A DNA stretch of 64,000 nt from IMG/VR virus record IMGVR_UViG_3300033121_002193, positions 71,486 through 135,485 of that record; one strand, written 5' to 3'. A model generated the notes under the pieces. That model saw nothing but the letters and a program-made list of their open reading frames with translations. It had not been told where the DNA came from and made no database searches. This document shows positions 26,584 to 36,349 of this stretch, piece after piece (position 1 is the first letter of the stretch; every line of letters starts with the position of its first letter). A program made the translations under genes and the position numbers. Origin of the DNA: a virus (lineage: Duplodnaviria > Caudoviricetes).

Positions 26584-28449
26584 TTAGTTCTCTAAAAGCG
26601 AATCATCTTCAATTTCGAATTGTTGTTCTGATTGTGTTTGCTCTTCATTTAATTTATTTAAAAACAATTCTTTTAATTCTTCGGTATATGTTTCGAGCGT
26701 TTGTTTGATTCGTCCTTTTGATTTCAACAATCCCTGAAAAATAGACTGATATTGAAACCAGAAGCCGTTTTGATAAAAATTCAAACTAGGATCTAGTAAA
26801 TTAGATTTATTCCCCGTAAAGGAATATAATAATATATTCATTGGCACGTTTTCTTTTGCCACATTCAGAAATTGCGGATTTAGTGGTATATTTCCTGCTA
26901 CTGGTATTTCTTCTTTTTCAACAGCTCTCAAAGTATCATTCATTGTTGAAAAAACATTCATTTCATTTTGTAAACGTGTCACTTCTTTTTGCGAATCTTC
27001 AGAATCTAAACCCACAAATTTAAATGTGCAATATTCATATAATTCTGGATCAATTATAGATAAAATTCTATTCATCAAAACTTGAGTGTTGCGTAAAAGC
27101 GGTTCTAATCCTGCTTTTCTAGCTACCATTATTTTATATTCATTATTGCTTTCAGAAGAGGATTGAGTCCCGTTAATTCCTTTGCTTAAATAAGCCATGC
27201 CTACTTCTTCTGGAGCAACTGAATATGCAGAGAGAATCATTTTCATTGTATTTTCACTTAAATACATGAATTCTTGATCTCTTGTTCCTTGCTCAAAGGA
27301 CACATAATCAACTTGATCTTGCAATGATAAACCAACAACAGGCATTCGCCATGCATTACGCACACTATTAATTGAAGATTGCATATGTAAACGCAAACGA
27401 TTTAATATATTTTCGTTTATTTGATCTGATTTTATAAACAAACCGCCTTTAGTTCCTCTGCCTTGAAAGAAAAATAAATGATTATGCATCATTGCATTTA
27501 AATTTGTAGTTAGAGAACGAGCAACATCATCAATTGGCGGCCTTGGATATCCCGCATATTCTATACTTGGTGAAGGATAATAATTATGAACAAGTAACTC
27601 TTTATCTCTAAAAGCCATGCGCGGAATTTCATTGATAACTTGAATCCACGCATATTCACCATTTTTCAATTGATCAAAATCCAATCTATCAAAACGAATT
27701 TGTTCTTGTCCTGATAAATTTTGTAATCGTTTATAAGCTTCTTCCATTTGCTTATAAGCTTGTGTTGCTGTTAAATTTTGCCTATCTACTTGGTTAATTC
27801 CAGAAAATGGGGTTTTGTATATTGTCCCTGAATCTACTAATTTAAAACTATGAAATTTACCACTAGCATCATATACAATTTCAGTAGCTACATGCCCATA
27901 CAACAAAGCATATTTTGCTAAACTTTGTAAATATTCAGGTAAAGTTGTTCTATCACAATATGGCAAATCTTCAAAATTACCGCATGTATAAAACAAATCT
28001 CTAACCTTGTTTAATTTAAAATCAATTTCAAACCTTTTTTCAGGAGATAATTTACTTATTAGAGATGGTTTTCTGTATATTATTTTATATCCAATATCAT
28101 ATCTACTTGTTTGTACTTGTCCAAAAGAAGATAATTGATTGCCTCTTGTATTTAAAATAATTGAAAGCAATTCATTATTTTCTGCCATTTGTTTAGATAC
28201 ATTATATGGCAACAATCCAAATCTTTTACGATATAAACCTGTATATGCAGCAACATTACTTGGATCGTAATTATATGATTTAGATTCTGGAATTATTTCG
28301 TTTTTTCTATCATTGTATAATTGACGAGATTCTAACAAACCAATAATAGATTTAGAAAGAGGATGCACTTTTTCTTGTGGCATATCAATTTCTATCTCAG
28401 TAAATTGCATTTCTTTATTATTGGAATTGTTGTCATTGTTTGTTGTCAT
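26584..28449 (-). CDS. portal protein (Twort/SPO1-like)
   Basis: IILNTRGNQL, GYPRPPID, FFFQGRGTKGGL, NAWRMPV, DQEFMYL and VAPEEVG motifs. Confidence 0.88.
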   Translation of the reverse strand: MTTNNDNNSNNKEMQFTEIEIDMPQEKVHPLSKSIIGLLESRQLYNDRKNEIIPESKSYNYDPSNVAAYTGLYRKRFGLLPYNVSKQMAENNELLSIILNTRGNQLSSFGQVQTSRYDIGYKIIYRKPSLISKLSPEKRFEIDFKLNKVRDLFYTCGNFEDLPYCDRTTLPEYLQSLAKYALLYGHVATEIVYDASGKFHSFKLVDSGTIYKTPFSGINQVDRQNLTATQAYKQMEEAYKRLQNLSGQEQIRFDRLDFDQLKNGEYAWIQVINEIPRMAFRDKELLVHNYYPSPSIEYAGYPRPPIDDVARSLTTNLNAMMHNHLFFFQGRGTKGGLFIKSDQINENILNRLRLHMQSSINSVRNAWRMPVVGLSLQDQVDYVSFEQGTRDQEFMYLSENTMKMILSAYSVAPEEVGMAYLSKGINGTQSSSESNNEYKIMVARKAGLEPLLRNTQVLMNRILSIIDPELYEYCTFKFVGLDSEDSQKEVTRLQNEMNVFSTMNDTLRAVEKEEIPVAGNIPLNPQFLNVAKENVPMNILLYSFTGNKSNLLDPSLNFYQNGFWFQYQSIFQGLLKSKGRIKQTLETYTEELKELFLNKLNEEQTQSEQQFEIEDDSLLEN

Positions 28450-28452
28450 GAA

Positions 28453-29436
28453 TTATACCTTTTCTGCCATAAAAACAAACGCATCACAATAATTAATTGA
28501 ATTATTGATCAAAATTCCTTTATAGGACATGCCTATTTTTGTAAATATACCATGAACTCCTGCAGTTCCATTCAAATCAGGAATTGCTGGTTCTATTAAT
28601 ACATTATCTGCACTATCACTATTTAATTTTAAAATGCAATTTTGATTAGTTTCTATATACAAATAAAATTTAGCATTATTATAAAAAATCAATCCATTTA
28701 TTCCTGGCAAAATATTTGTTTCATTTGGCAATGGATTTGTTGATAAAAATTCAATAAAAGTAGGGGTTACTGCTGTAACAACATAACTTCCTAAAGTAAC
28801 TGAACTAAAACCAGAAGAAACAATAAGAGTATCACCTACTAATATATTGCCAGAAGAATACAATTGAAAATCTGTAGCAAAATTAATTCCTAAAACAATA
28901 TTTGATTCGGCTGCGGCAAGAGGATTTTGAATACTTATACTTGTAGCTGTTTTGCCAATAACCGTAAAATAGCCTTCATTTAATACATTAAATGCAGAAG
29001 TACTTGAAACATATAATGTATCACCTACTTGCACTGATGCAAAATTTGGTGCTGTTCCTGCAAAATGACTATATGTCACAACGCTATTATTATTAATAGT
29101 AACATTAAATGCCGTTGTTGCATCACTTCCTATAGTTCTACTTGTTCTAAATATAGGCAAAGTTCCTGCCACATATTGTAATCTATAAGTTGAACCAGAA
29201 ATAAAAGTTAAATTAAATGCAGTTGTATTATCTATTGATGTAGAATGAATTCCGTCAAATAAAGTTATAGAACTTTTCGGTGCAATTGTATATTTTAATG
29301 CTTGTGGATTTTTAATTGACAAGCCATAAATCTGAGTAGACCAATCAGGAACTCTTTTGTATGGATTATTGTTTACAATATTACTAATATTATCATCATA
29401 AGATAATACGCTGGATAGCAAATTTAACGTTGGCAT
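28453..29436 (-). CDS. putative virion structural protein
   Basis: Beta-rich S/T/V/N composition; late motif upstream. Confidence 0.55.
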   Translation of the reverse strand: MPTLNLLSSVLSYDDNISNIVNNNPYKRVPDWSTQIYGLSIKNPQALKYTIAPKSSITLFDGIHSTSIDNTTAFNLTFISGSTYRLQYVAGTLPIFRTSRTIGSDATTAFNVTINNNSVVTYSHFAGTAPNFASVQVGDTLYVSSTSAFNVLNEGYFTVIGKTATSISIQNPLAAAESNIVLGINFATDFQLYSSGNILVGDTLIVSSGFSSVTLGSYVVTAVTPTFIEFLSTNPLPNETNILPGINGLIFYNNAKFYLYIETNQNCILKLNSDSADNVLIEPAIPDLNGTAGVHGIFTKIGMSYKGILINNSINYCDAFVFMAEKV

Positions 29437-29556
29437 ATTTCCCCTAAATATTTTAATTTATATACCCAAGATTAAGTTACTACTTTCTTTGCTTCTGTTA
29501 AATCACATAAAATAATATTCACTTGCTGTTAAGCAATTTAATAAACCCCTCTGCTA

Positions 29557-30642
29557 TCACATGATAAGAGGCGGTAATACTGTCAAACGATTTTTTTTGT
29601 ATTGTCCATCTTCTTTAGTCAGGTCAACCGTGCTGGTAGAATCTTTGTGTTCGTCGCATAGTTTCTGCGTCAAGTGGACAACGGGCACACCTGCTTTTTC
29701 TGCAATAGAGCGCAACTGCGGCGTAAAATCACAACATTTTTGAATAATAAATGGATCCGATTTTTCAAATAACTGCTTGAATTCGTCTTCTGTGATGGCC
29801 ATGTTGCGAAGCACGGCAAATTGCTGAAATTTTCTTACACTATGATTAACATCACTTATCCATTTTTCGGTAGATTTGGAAAATTTAGTTTCACCGGTGT
29901 TGTTCATTTCATTTTTTAAACCACCGCCATTAAATCTTTTGGCCATTTGAACAACAAGTCCCAAAAACTTAGGTTTAAAACTTAAACCGTTAAGATTTTT
30001 TGTAGTTTGGTAATCACCCAGCAACCTAATCCAATTTTGAAAAATAGAACTTAAGTTATCAATCGCTTGCAATGAAAAAAATGCAGGAGAAACAGGTGCA
30101 ATAAAGTAATCTGTGAGCATCATAATCATAGCATTAATGATACTGCTAGCACTTGGAGATGTATCAATCAAAATGAAATCATAGTTCTTTTTTTGTTTGT
30201 TAATAGATTGCTCCAACTTGCCCGGTATGTCGTTAGTAAAATCATTTTTAAGCTTAATAATGCTATAGAGATCGGCTTCTGTATTAGACAAATTAATCGA
30301 ACCAGAAATCAAATCCAAACGTCCTTCCTGGGCTTGTTTTGATTGAATACTTAGAAATATTTTATTACATTGTGATTGCTTTAGGTTAACATCTAAATAC
30401 TCAGATAAAGAAATATACTTCTCAATGTTTTCACTCCATCTTGAATCTGCATCGGTTGAGTACTCAATGCTTGTAAAGAGTCCGTATAAGGCCGCAGTTA
30501 AATTCATCTGTGGGTCGGCATCAATAAGCAGCACCTTGCATCCTTTATCTGCTAAAATATAGCCTAAATTATGCACTAAAGTGGTTTTACCTACCCCGCC
30601 TTTATGATTAAAAAATGTGACTATTTTGCCCACAATACTCAT
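29557..30642 (-). CDS. ParA/Soj-family ATPase (likely acquired; C-terminal frameshift in an A8 run)
   Basis: NHKGGVGKTT, IDADPQMNLT and DFILIDTSP motifs; higher GC than neighbours. Confidence 0.88.
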   Translation of the reverse strand: MSIVGKIVTFFNHKGGVGKTTLVHNLGYILADKGCKVLLIDADPQMNLTAALYGLFTSIEYSTDADSRWSENIEKYISLSEYLDVNLKQSQCNKIFLSIQSKQAQEGRLDLISGSINLSNTEADLYSIIKLKNDFTNDIPGKLEQSINKQKKNYDFILIDTSPSASSIINAMIMMLTDYFIAPVSPAFFSLQAIDNLSSIFQNWIRLLGDYQTTKNLNGLSFKPKFLGLVVQMAKRFNGGGLKNEMNNTGETKFSKSTEKWISDVNHSVRKFQQFAVLRNMAITEDEFKQLFEKSDPFIIQKCCDFTPQLRSIAEKAGVPVVHLTQKLCDEHKDSTSTVDLTKEDGQYKKNRLTVLPPLIM

Positions 30643-30731
30643 GCATTAATCGTTTAGCTGTCAGCAGCATCCAATAGCGTGTAAGAACAAACAAGATCAA
30701 TAAGATTAGTCTATATTTCTCGAAAAAAACA

Positions 30732-32618
30732 TTAAATATCTAAAAAAACATATCCATCTAAACTATCTTCTGAATTTCCGCTAGATGACAATCCTCTATC
30801 TTCTAAAAGATTATTAACATGATTTTTAAACCAATAATCAACAATTTCTTTCTCTTGTTTATTGAATTCATTCATTTCATTTAGATTAGATGAATCAACT
30901 GATATCATCCATTCACCATTTCTGTGAATAAATATATTTTGAAAAATATATCTTAATGCATCTAATGAATGGTTGTGATCATCTTCTGGTTCATCCGCAT
31001 AGGTTCCATCGCTTCTTTCCTTAAAATGATATTTTGTAAATTCATCTTGCATAAAAGCTGTAGATTCATCTAATAAATAACAAGAAATAGTGCCATCTGC
31101 TGCCATTAACTTTGTTCTAATTAATTCAATTCCTGCTGAAATTTGTTTTGTAAATTGATCTTTTATTCTGAATTTTAATTTTTTAAGCAAATCATTTTTA
31201 TCTCGTGAAGCTGGATCAGGATATATACATCTGTAATCATAAAAATTATTAAACTTTTGCAATTCACGAGTCATTAAATCAAATTCAACTACTTTTCCAA
31301 AAACATTTAAAACAAAAACTCTACCTTTTGAATCAACTGCAACGGTTACTATAGCATATGGAGATGTTCCCCCTGAATGATCTATGCCACAATAAAACAT
31401 ACATCTATCTTGTTTCATTTTTTCTATTAATTTGTTTAATGGTAATGGTGAATTTATTTCATGACCTAAGTAAATTTCCCATATTTGTTTCAAATTTTTT
31501 ACATGTTTTTCTATAGAAAAAGTAGGAAAAACCAAACCTTCTGGCGATGGTTTCATTGACATTCTTTGACTAAACCACAAATCTAAAGATGTATTGTGAT
31601 AATCTGTTATTGTTTTTTCAACTGGATTTAATATCTTACATTTAGATATTTGCTTTTTTGCATCTCCCAAACAAAATGAAGATATTTTACATTCCAAACA
31701 TTTATCAAAGCCATGTGCACGATAAAAGCTCTTTTTTTCTACATCAGTGAGTTGTTCATATTGTTCAACTGTTAAAGTTAAAGCTTTTTCTGGGTTTCCA
31801 TAAAAAACAATAGGTTTTGTACCTGAACGTTCATCAGGACATCTTTTTTGATTTTCAAACACTGTCCACGTTTTTACAAGTAAACCCGTTTTATCTTTTT
31901 GTGCAACTTTTTCTTCTACTACAGAATAAGGACCTTTTCTTGATGAAATTTCGGCACGTATATACGGTTTCCCTGTATTTGTAGACACAGGAACCCCTGA
32001 CAAATCATAATACGCTTTTCTTTTATCATGCGCTAAGGTCAATAATTCATCAACAGAAACAAAAGGTGCATGTTGTCCTTGTGCGTTTAATAGTGTAATA
32101 GATAAAACTTTACCGGTAACCTGTTTCGGCTCTTCTGATTCATTTAAGTAATTAGGAATATTAAAAATAACACTATCATTTGTTGGTTTAGTTTCTAATA
32201 AATCTCTAACAAAAGGACGTTGCGCAAATTTAATCAAATAAGCCCAACCTACTTTAGATTGACTTTCAGCCGCAGCATAATGTAATATATCTCTTCTATC
32301 GTGAAGCATAATAGCTAATTCTACTGCCGCCATTGATAAAGTTTTTTGACTTGCACGTGCTGCAATTAACAAAATATTTAAAGGATTATCTGTTTCATTA
32401 TAAAGAGCATGATTATAAATTTCCCAAGCAGCATCCATGGGATTTGTTGTTGCAAATCTAGATACGGTACAATCAGCTAAATCAACATCTAGATAAAATT
32501 TAAACCAAAGATTTAAATGCTTTTTAGTTGCACAAGGAATTAACAAATTTCTTTTTAATTCACGATCTCTTTCATTTTGAATTTTTGTTGCATTATCTAA
32601 TATGTTTTTTTTGCCCAT
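30732..32618 (-). CDS. terL: terminase large subunit
   Basis: Walker A-like AARASQKT, Walker B VSVDE, nuclease GIDHS...YPDPA...NHSLDALRY. Confidence 0.88.
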   Translation of the reverse strand: MGKKNILDNATKIQNERDRELKRNLLIPCATKKHLNLWFKFYLDVDLADCTVSRFATTNPMDAAWEIYNHALYNETDNPLNILLIAARASQKTLSMAAVELAIMLHDRRDILHYAAAESQSKVGWAYLIKFAQRPFVRDLLETKPTNDSVIFNIPNYLNESEEPKQVTGKVLSITLLNAQGQHAPFVSVDELLTLAHDKRKAYYDLSGVPVSTNTGKPYIRAEISSRKGPYSVVEEKVAQKDKTGLLVKTWTVFENQKRCPDERSGTKPIVFYGNPEKALTLTVEQYEQLTDVEKKSFYRAHGFDKCLECKISSFCLGDAKKQISKCKILNPVEKTITDYHNTSLDLWFSQRMSMKPSPEGLVFPTFSIEKHVKNLKQIWEIYLGHEINSPLPLNKLIEKMKQDRCMFYCGIDHSGGTSPYAIVTVAVDSKGRVFVLNVFGKVVEFDLMTRELQKFNNFYDYRCIYPDPASRDKNDLLKKLKFRIKDQFTKQISAGIELIRTKLMAADGTISCYLLDESTAFMQDEFTKYHFKERSDGTYADEPEDDHNHSLDALRYIFQNIFIHRNGEWMISVDSSNLNEMNEFNKQEKEIVDYWFKNHVNNLLEDRGLSSSGNSEDSLDGYVFLDI

Positions 32619-32724
32619 TTGTAGCTTTATACCATAATTTTTAAGAATGAACTAATAAAACTAAAAACAAATAAAAAAAAATCGCACAAATGGATCCATT
32701 TTATATCAATATACATTTAAAACA

Positions 32725-33525
32725 TCAATGGTTGTCTTTTTCTTCTGCTTCTAATTGCTGAAAAAAATCAAAACTTTCTTTTTGTTTATTTTTAAAATCA
32801 TTATTGCTATTTAAATTTGCAACATATTCTTTTTTACTATTATCTAAAATAACGTTTTCAGTTGTAATAGAAACTGATGTTTTTTTAGGAGATTTCTCAT
32901 TTATATCTTGTGATGTTTTCATTTTACCTGAAACGTCATCTATTTGTTTTAATAACTTTATATATTTTTCGTAATCTTTAAATCCTTTTATAGTCATGTT
33001 TGGCGGTAATTTAGCTTTATCACCGGTAGTAATAAACTCAAACATTCCTTTATCTACTTTGTCATGCCATAAATTAATCAAAGTAGATAACATTGTAATA
33101 GATCTATGTTTAGTCAATGCAAGTTTAAAGCTTGCATTGTACTCTAAATTATTTAAAAAATCTAATCGCAATTTCGGCCATTCTTCACTAGTTTTTAAAT
33201 AAACAATACCACCTATTGTTGTATTCGGAATAATATTAACAATATCAATTGATTCTAAACCTTGAATATAATGCTTTAAAATTTCTTCTTTTGGATAATC
33301 AATCAATTCACTAAAATCGTTTTTTTTCAAAAATTTTTCTAATTCTTTTTTCTCAACAATAGACAATTCAATATTTTTTGCAATCTCATCAACAGCTTTA
33401 ATTGAATTTCTATAATCAAAAGATTTTTCAGGTTTTAATTCATTTTGATTTTTTTGAGGACTAATATCAAATGCTTGATTGATAAATTGTATTGCTAAAT
33501 CTTTATCTTCTTTTTCGTTTATCAT
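32725..33525 (-). CDS. hypothetical protein (possible terminase small subunit)
   Basis: Position upstream of terL only. Confidence 0.4.
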   Translation of the reverse strand: MINEKEDKDLAIQFINQAFDISPQKNQNELKPEKSFDYRNSIKAVDEIAKNIELSIVEKKELEKFLKKNDFSELIDYPKEEILKHYIQGLESIDIVNIIPNTTIGGIVYLKTSEEWPKLRLDFLNNLEYNASFKLALTKHRSITMLSTLINLWHDKVDKGMFEFITTGDKAKLPPNMTIKGFKDYEKYIKLLKQIDDVSGKMKTSQDINEKSPKKTSVSITTENVILDNSKKEYVANLNSNNDFKNKQKESFDFFQQLEAEEKDNH

Positions 33526-33526
33526 T

Positions 33527-33844
33527 TTAAATCCATTTTATTTCTATAATTGGTTTTATTTTTATGTTCTGCAACCAAAAATCGTATGAATCTCTTAAGT
33601 TTTTTTCATATGTTGAGTTATTCTTGTTATAAAATATTTTAGAAAACATACCATATAATCCATTTTTTTTTGATAGACTTATTACAATCTTATTTTCGTC
33701 AAAACAAACTTCACAATTTTTTGCTTGAGGAAAACAAACTAGTGGTATCAATGTTAAATTCTGCATAACAATTGGATCTATTGCTTGTGTGATCAGCTGC
33801 ATTTCAAATATTTGTTTTAATTTTTGTTTTAACTCACTTTTCAT
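33527..33844 (-). CDS. hypothetical protein
   Basis: 105-aa ORF in operon. Confidence 0.6.
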   Translation of the reverse strand: MKSELKQKLKQIFEMQLITQAIDPIVMQNLTLIPLVCFPQAKNCEVCFDENKIVISLSKKNGLYGMFSKIFYNKNNSTYEKNLRDSYDFWLQNIKIKPIIEIKWI

Positions 33845-34862
33845 TATTCAACCTTTGCGCAATTATGTTCCATAGTTCTTGATTGTTAATATTATAACTA
33901 GGCACATAATTGTTTTTAACAAAATTCTCTAAAGATTTTTCCAATCCATCAGACTCTTTAACTGTAATTTTTTTTGAATCGACGGGAACATGTCTTATTT
34001 CACATCCTTCTTTGTAAATATTGCACACTTTTTCTAAAAATGATTTATCACCTTTGACATTTAATATGTATTTATTTTTAGCATCAATTACTAAATCAAA
34101 ATTAAAATTTTCATCTATATTAACAGAAAAAATTTCCTTACATACAGAACTTGTTGACAAAAATTTAAATTTTTCTAATCCGTCCCATAGCCATATTCCT
34201 TTTGATTGATTTGCATCACTTTTACTTAACCATCGTGGAGTTCCAGCATAAAATACCTGCTGTACATTTTGTGTTTTATGAATGTGCCCAGAAACTATTT
34301 TTAAATAATCAATACATGTTGAATCAATTCCATCTGGAGCAATGAAACTGTTTTCATATTGTGCTCCTAAAAAAGTGTGATGGCAAAGCAATATATCTGT
34401 TTTCTTTTTCTTGATTAATTCAAAAAAATCTTCTTTATTGGTATGCGGCATACACTCGAAATTAATTGATTTGTTTTTATATAAAAACAAATCATCATCA
34501 CTAGAATCAATAATTATTACGTTTGATTGTTTTTTGTAATACAGCAAAGAATGATGTCGTCTATTTCCATGAACAATATAATCGTGATTACCAACTAAAC
34601 AAAAAAAATTCAAATCACTATATGTTTCAAAAATTTCTTTATAACAATATACAACAGGTAAATGTACAATTCCATGAGAATCAAACAGATCCCCCAATAG
34701 AAAAACATCTTTAATTGAATGTTTTTTTGCAACAATTGATATATATTCAAAAATTTTTTTAGTTTCATCTATATTAGAAGATTTACAATGCAAATCCCCT
34801 ACCAAAATAATTTTAAAATCATCAAGAACGCTCATGAACGTATATAAACTCTTCTGGAACAA
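33834..34862 (-). CDS. sbcD: SbcD/Mre11-like metallophosphoesterase nuclease
   Basis: GDLH, LGDLFD, GNHD, CHH, SGHIH and YAGTP motifs. Confidence 0.88.
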   Translation of the reverse strand: MFQKSLYTFMSVLDDFKIILVGDLHCKSSNIDETKKIFEYISIVAKKHSIKDVFLLGDLFDSHGIVHLPVVYCYKEIFETYSDLNFFCLVGNHDYIVHGNRRHHSLLYYKKQSNVIIIDSSDDDLFLYKNKSINFECMPHTNKEDFFELIKKKKTDILLCHHTFLGAQYENSFIAPDGIDSTCIDYLKIVSGHIHKTQNVQQVFYAGTPRWLSKSDANQSKGIWLWDGLEKFKFLSTSSVCKEIFSVNIDENFNFDLVIDAKNKYILNVKGDKSFLEKVCNIYKEGCEIRHVPVDSKKITVKESDGLEKSLENFVKNNYVPSYNINNQELWNIIAQRLNNEK

Positions 34863-35190
34863 AAATACAAGGTTCTTCTTTTATAACATAAACTGTTTTT
34901 AACCACATTGCATGATCGTTGTATTCTAATTCTTTTAATAAATAAATTTTATCACCTTTTTTAAACTGTTTGTTTTCATTATCAAATAAAACTTCTAATT
35001 CTAACATTTGTTTATTAGAAAATGTTGATAGTTGAATTTGTTCATTAAATGATTTTCTTAATTCAATCGGTTTACATGCTACTTTTTTATTTACAGTGTT
35101 AATTACAGGATGCTTTTGTGATATTAACATATTATTTTTATTTGTCTTTGCTTCGTCATGATATGTTTCAATTTCAGTTAGGTTTGTCAT
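34822..35190 (-). CDS. GroES-like co-chaperonin candidate with an extra N-terminal MORN-gene fragment
   Basis: KVACKP...LEVL...FKKGDKIYL...IFVPEEFIYV follows a GroES-like beta pattern. Confidence 0.45.
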   Translation of the reverse strand: MTNLTEIETYHDEAKTNKNNMLISQKHPVINTVNKKVACKPIELRKSFNEQIQLSTFSNKQMLELEVLFDNENKQFKKGDKIYLLKELEYNDHAMWLKTVYVIKEEPCIFVPEEFIYVHERS

Positions 35191-35224
35191 TCTATATTTT
35201 CCTTTATTTGTTAGCTGTTTTTAT

Positions 35225-36211
35225 TTACAACATTCCCTTTAAGCGCAATATCTTTTTTTCCAAAATAGAAAAATTTTCTATTTTTTTGTAAATATTGTTC
35301 TCTATTTCAATTCTTTCAATATAATCTTCGGGTGAAATATTTTTAGATACAATTTCATCGGTTTCATCTAATGATAATACAGAACTTAAATTTAACAAAC
35401 TTTCTATTTCTAATTCTGTAATTCCCATAGTTTCACAAATAACTTCATTAGTAAAACCATTTTTTCGCATTTTTCTTAGATCTAACATTTTTTTTCTATC
35501 TTTTGGATACATATGAATCTTTTGACTTCTATTATGCTGAACTGCTGCTGCATTTATTCTTCTAATAATAGAAGACAACAAAACGCTTGTATATTTATCT
35601 TCTTGGGTTTCTGGATCTGTTAAAGGCACAAATTTATCTAAAGCTGCAAGAGTCGCATCAGATGCAATACTTATTAACTCCTGAATATCTGGATATGAAT
35701 AAGGATATTTGGCATAAATTAATTTAATTGTATTTATAATTAAAGGTGAATTTCTAATAAAAAAATCATTTCTAATTACAATAATTTTATCGAATAATTC
35801 TTGAAGTTTTTGTTTCTGCATAGTATCATTTAATTGAATCAATGACCACGCAATAAAAACTGAATTAATTCGCAAATCATATAGATTTTCAGGGTTTTTA
35901 TTTTTTATAAAAGGATTTACTTTTGTCAAAAACTCAGATTGTCTTACTCTAAAAAAAGGCCTTGCATCTAATATATTTTTTCTTTGATATAGAATATATT
36001 GAATAAACACATTATAAACATTTCTGCCATCTTCGGTGCTTAATAAACACTCTTTCCATTCTTTTTCTTTTTTGATCAATTCTAAATACAAAAATTCATT
36101 TGACGGATATTTTTTTGTTTCTAAACAGTGTTTAATTTGAACAAGCCACAAAAAAAGATTATTTTTATTCATTCGTTTATACAAAATACTACGTATTATT
36201 TTTTTTTGCAA
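35225..36211 (-). CDS. phage sigma70-like factor (regions 2-3, ends before region 4.2)
   Basis: NSPLIINTIK..., QELISIA..ATLAALDKF, TNEVICETMGI...VLSLDE. Confidence 0.75.
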   Translation of the reverse strand: MQKKIIRSILYKRMNKNNLFLWLVQIKHCLETKKYPSNEFLYLELIKKEKEWKECLLSTEDGRNVYNVFIQYILYQRKNILDARPFFRVRQSEFLTKVNPFIKNKNPENLYDLRINSVFIAWSLIQLNDTMQKQKLQELFDKIIVIRNDFFIRNSPLIINTIKLIYAKYPYSYPDIQELISIASDATLAALDKFVPLTDPETQEDKYTSVLLSSIIRRINAAAVQHNRSQKIHMYPKDRKKMLDLRKMRKNGFTNEVICETMGITELEIESLLNLSSVLSLDETDEIVSKNISPEDYIERIEIENNIYKKIENFSILEKKILRLKGML

Positions 36212-36260
36212 ATATTTATTTTATTCCATTGACCTTTGATAGTTATTCAGGTAATTATTC

Positions 36261-36349
36261 AAAATAAAAGATGTGTGTTGGTAATTATTGTTTTAATTTC
36301 ATAACAACCTTCTTGATTGTACCCATAACTAACACACATCTTTTATTTT
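36261..36349. repeat. 19-bp perfect inverted repeat with 51-bp spacer
   Basis: aaaataaaagatgtgtgtt (36261-36279) / aacacacatcttttatttt (36331-36349). Confidence 0.9.
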
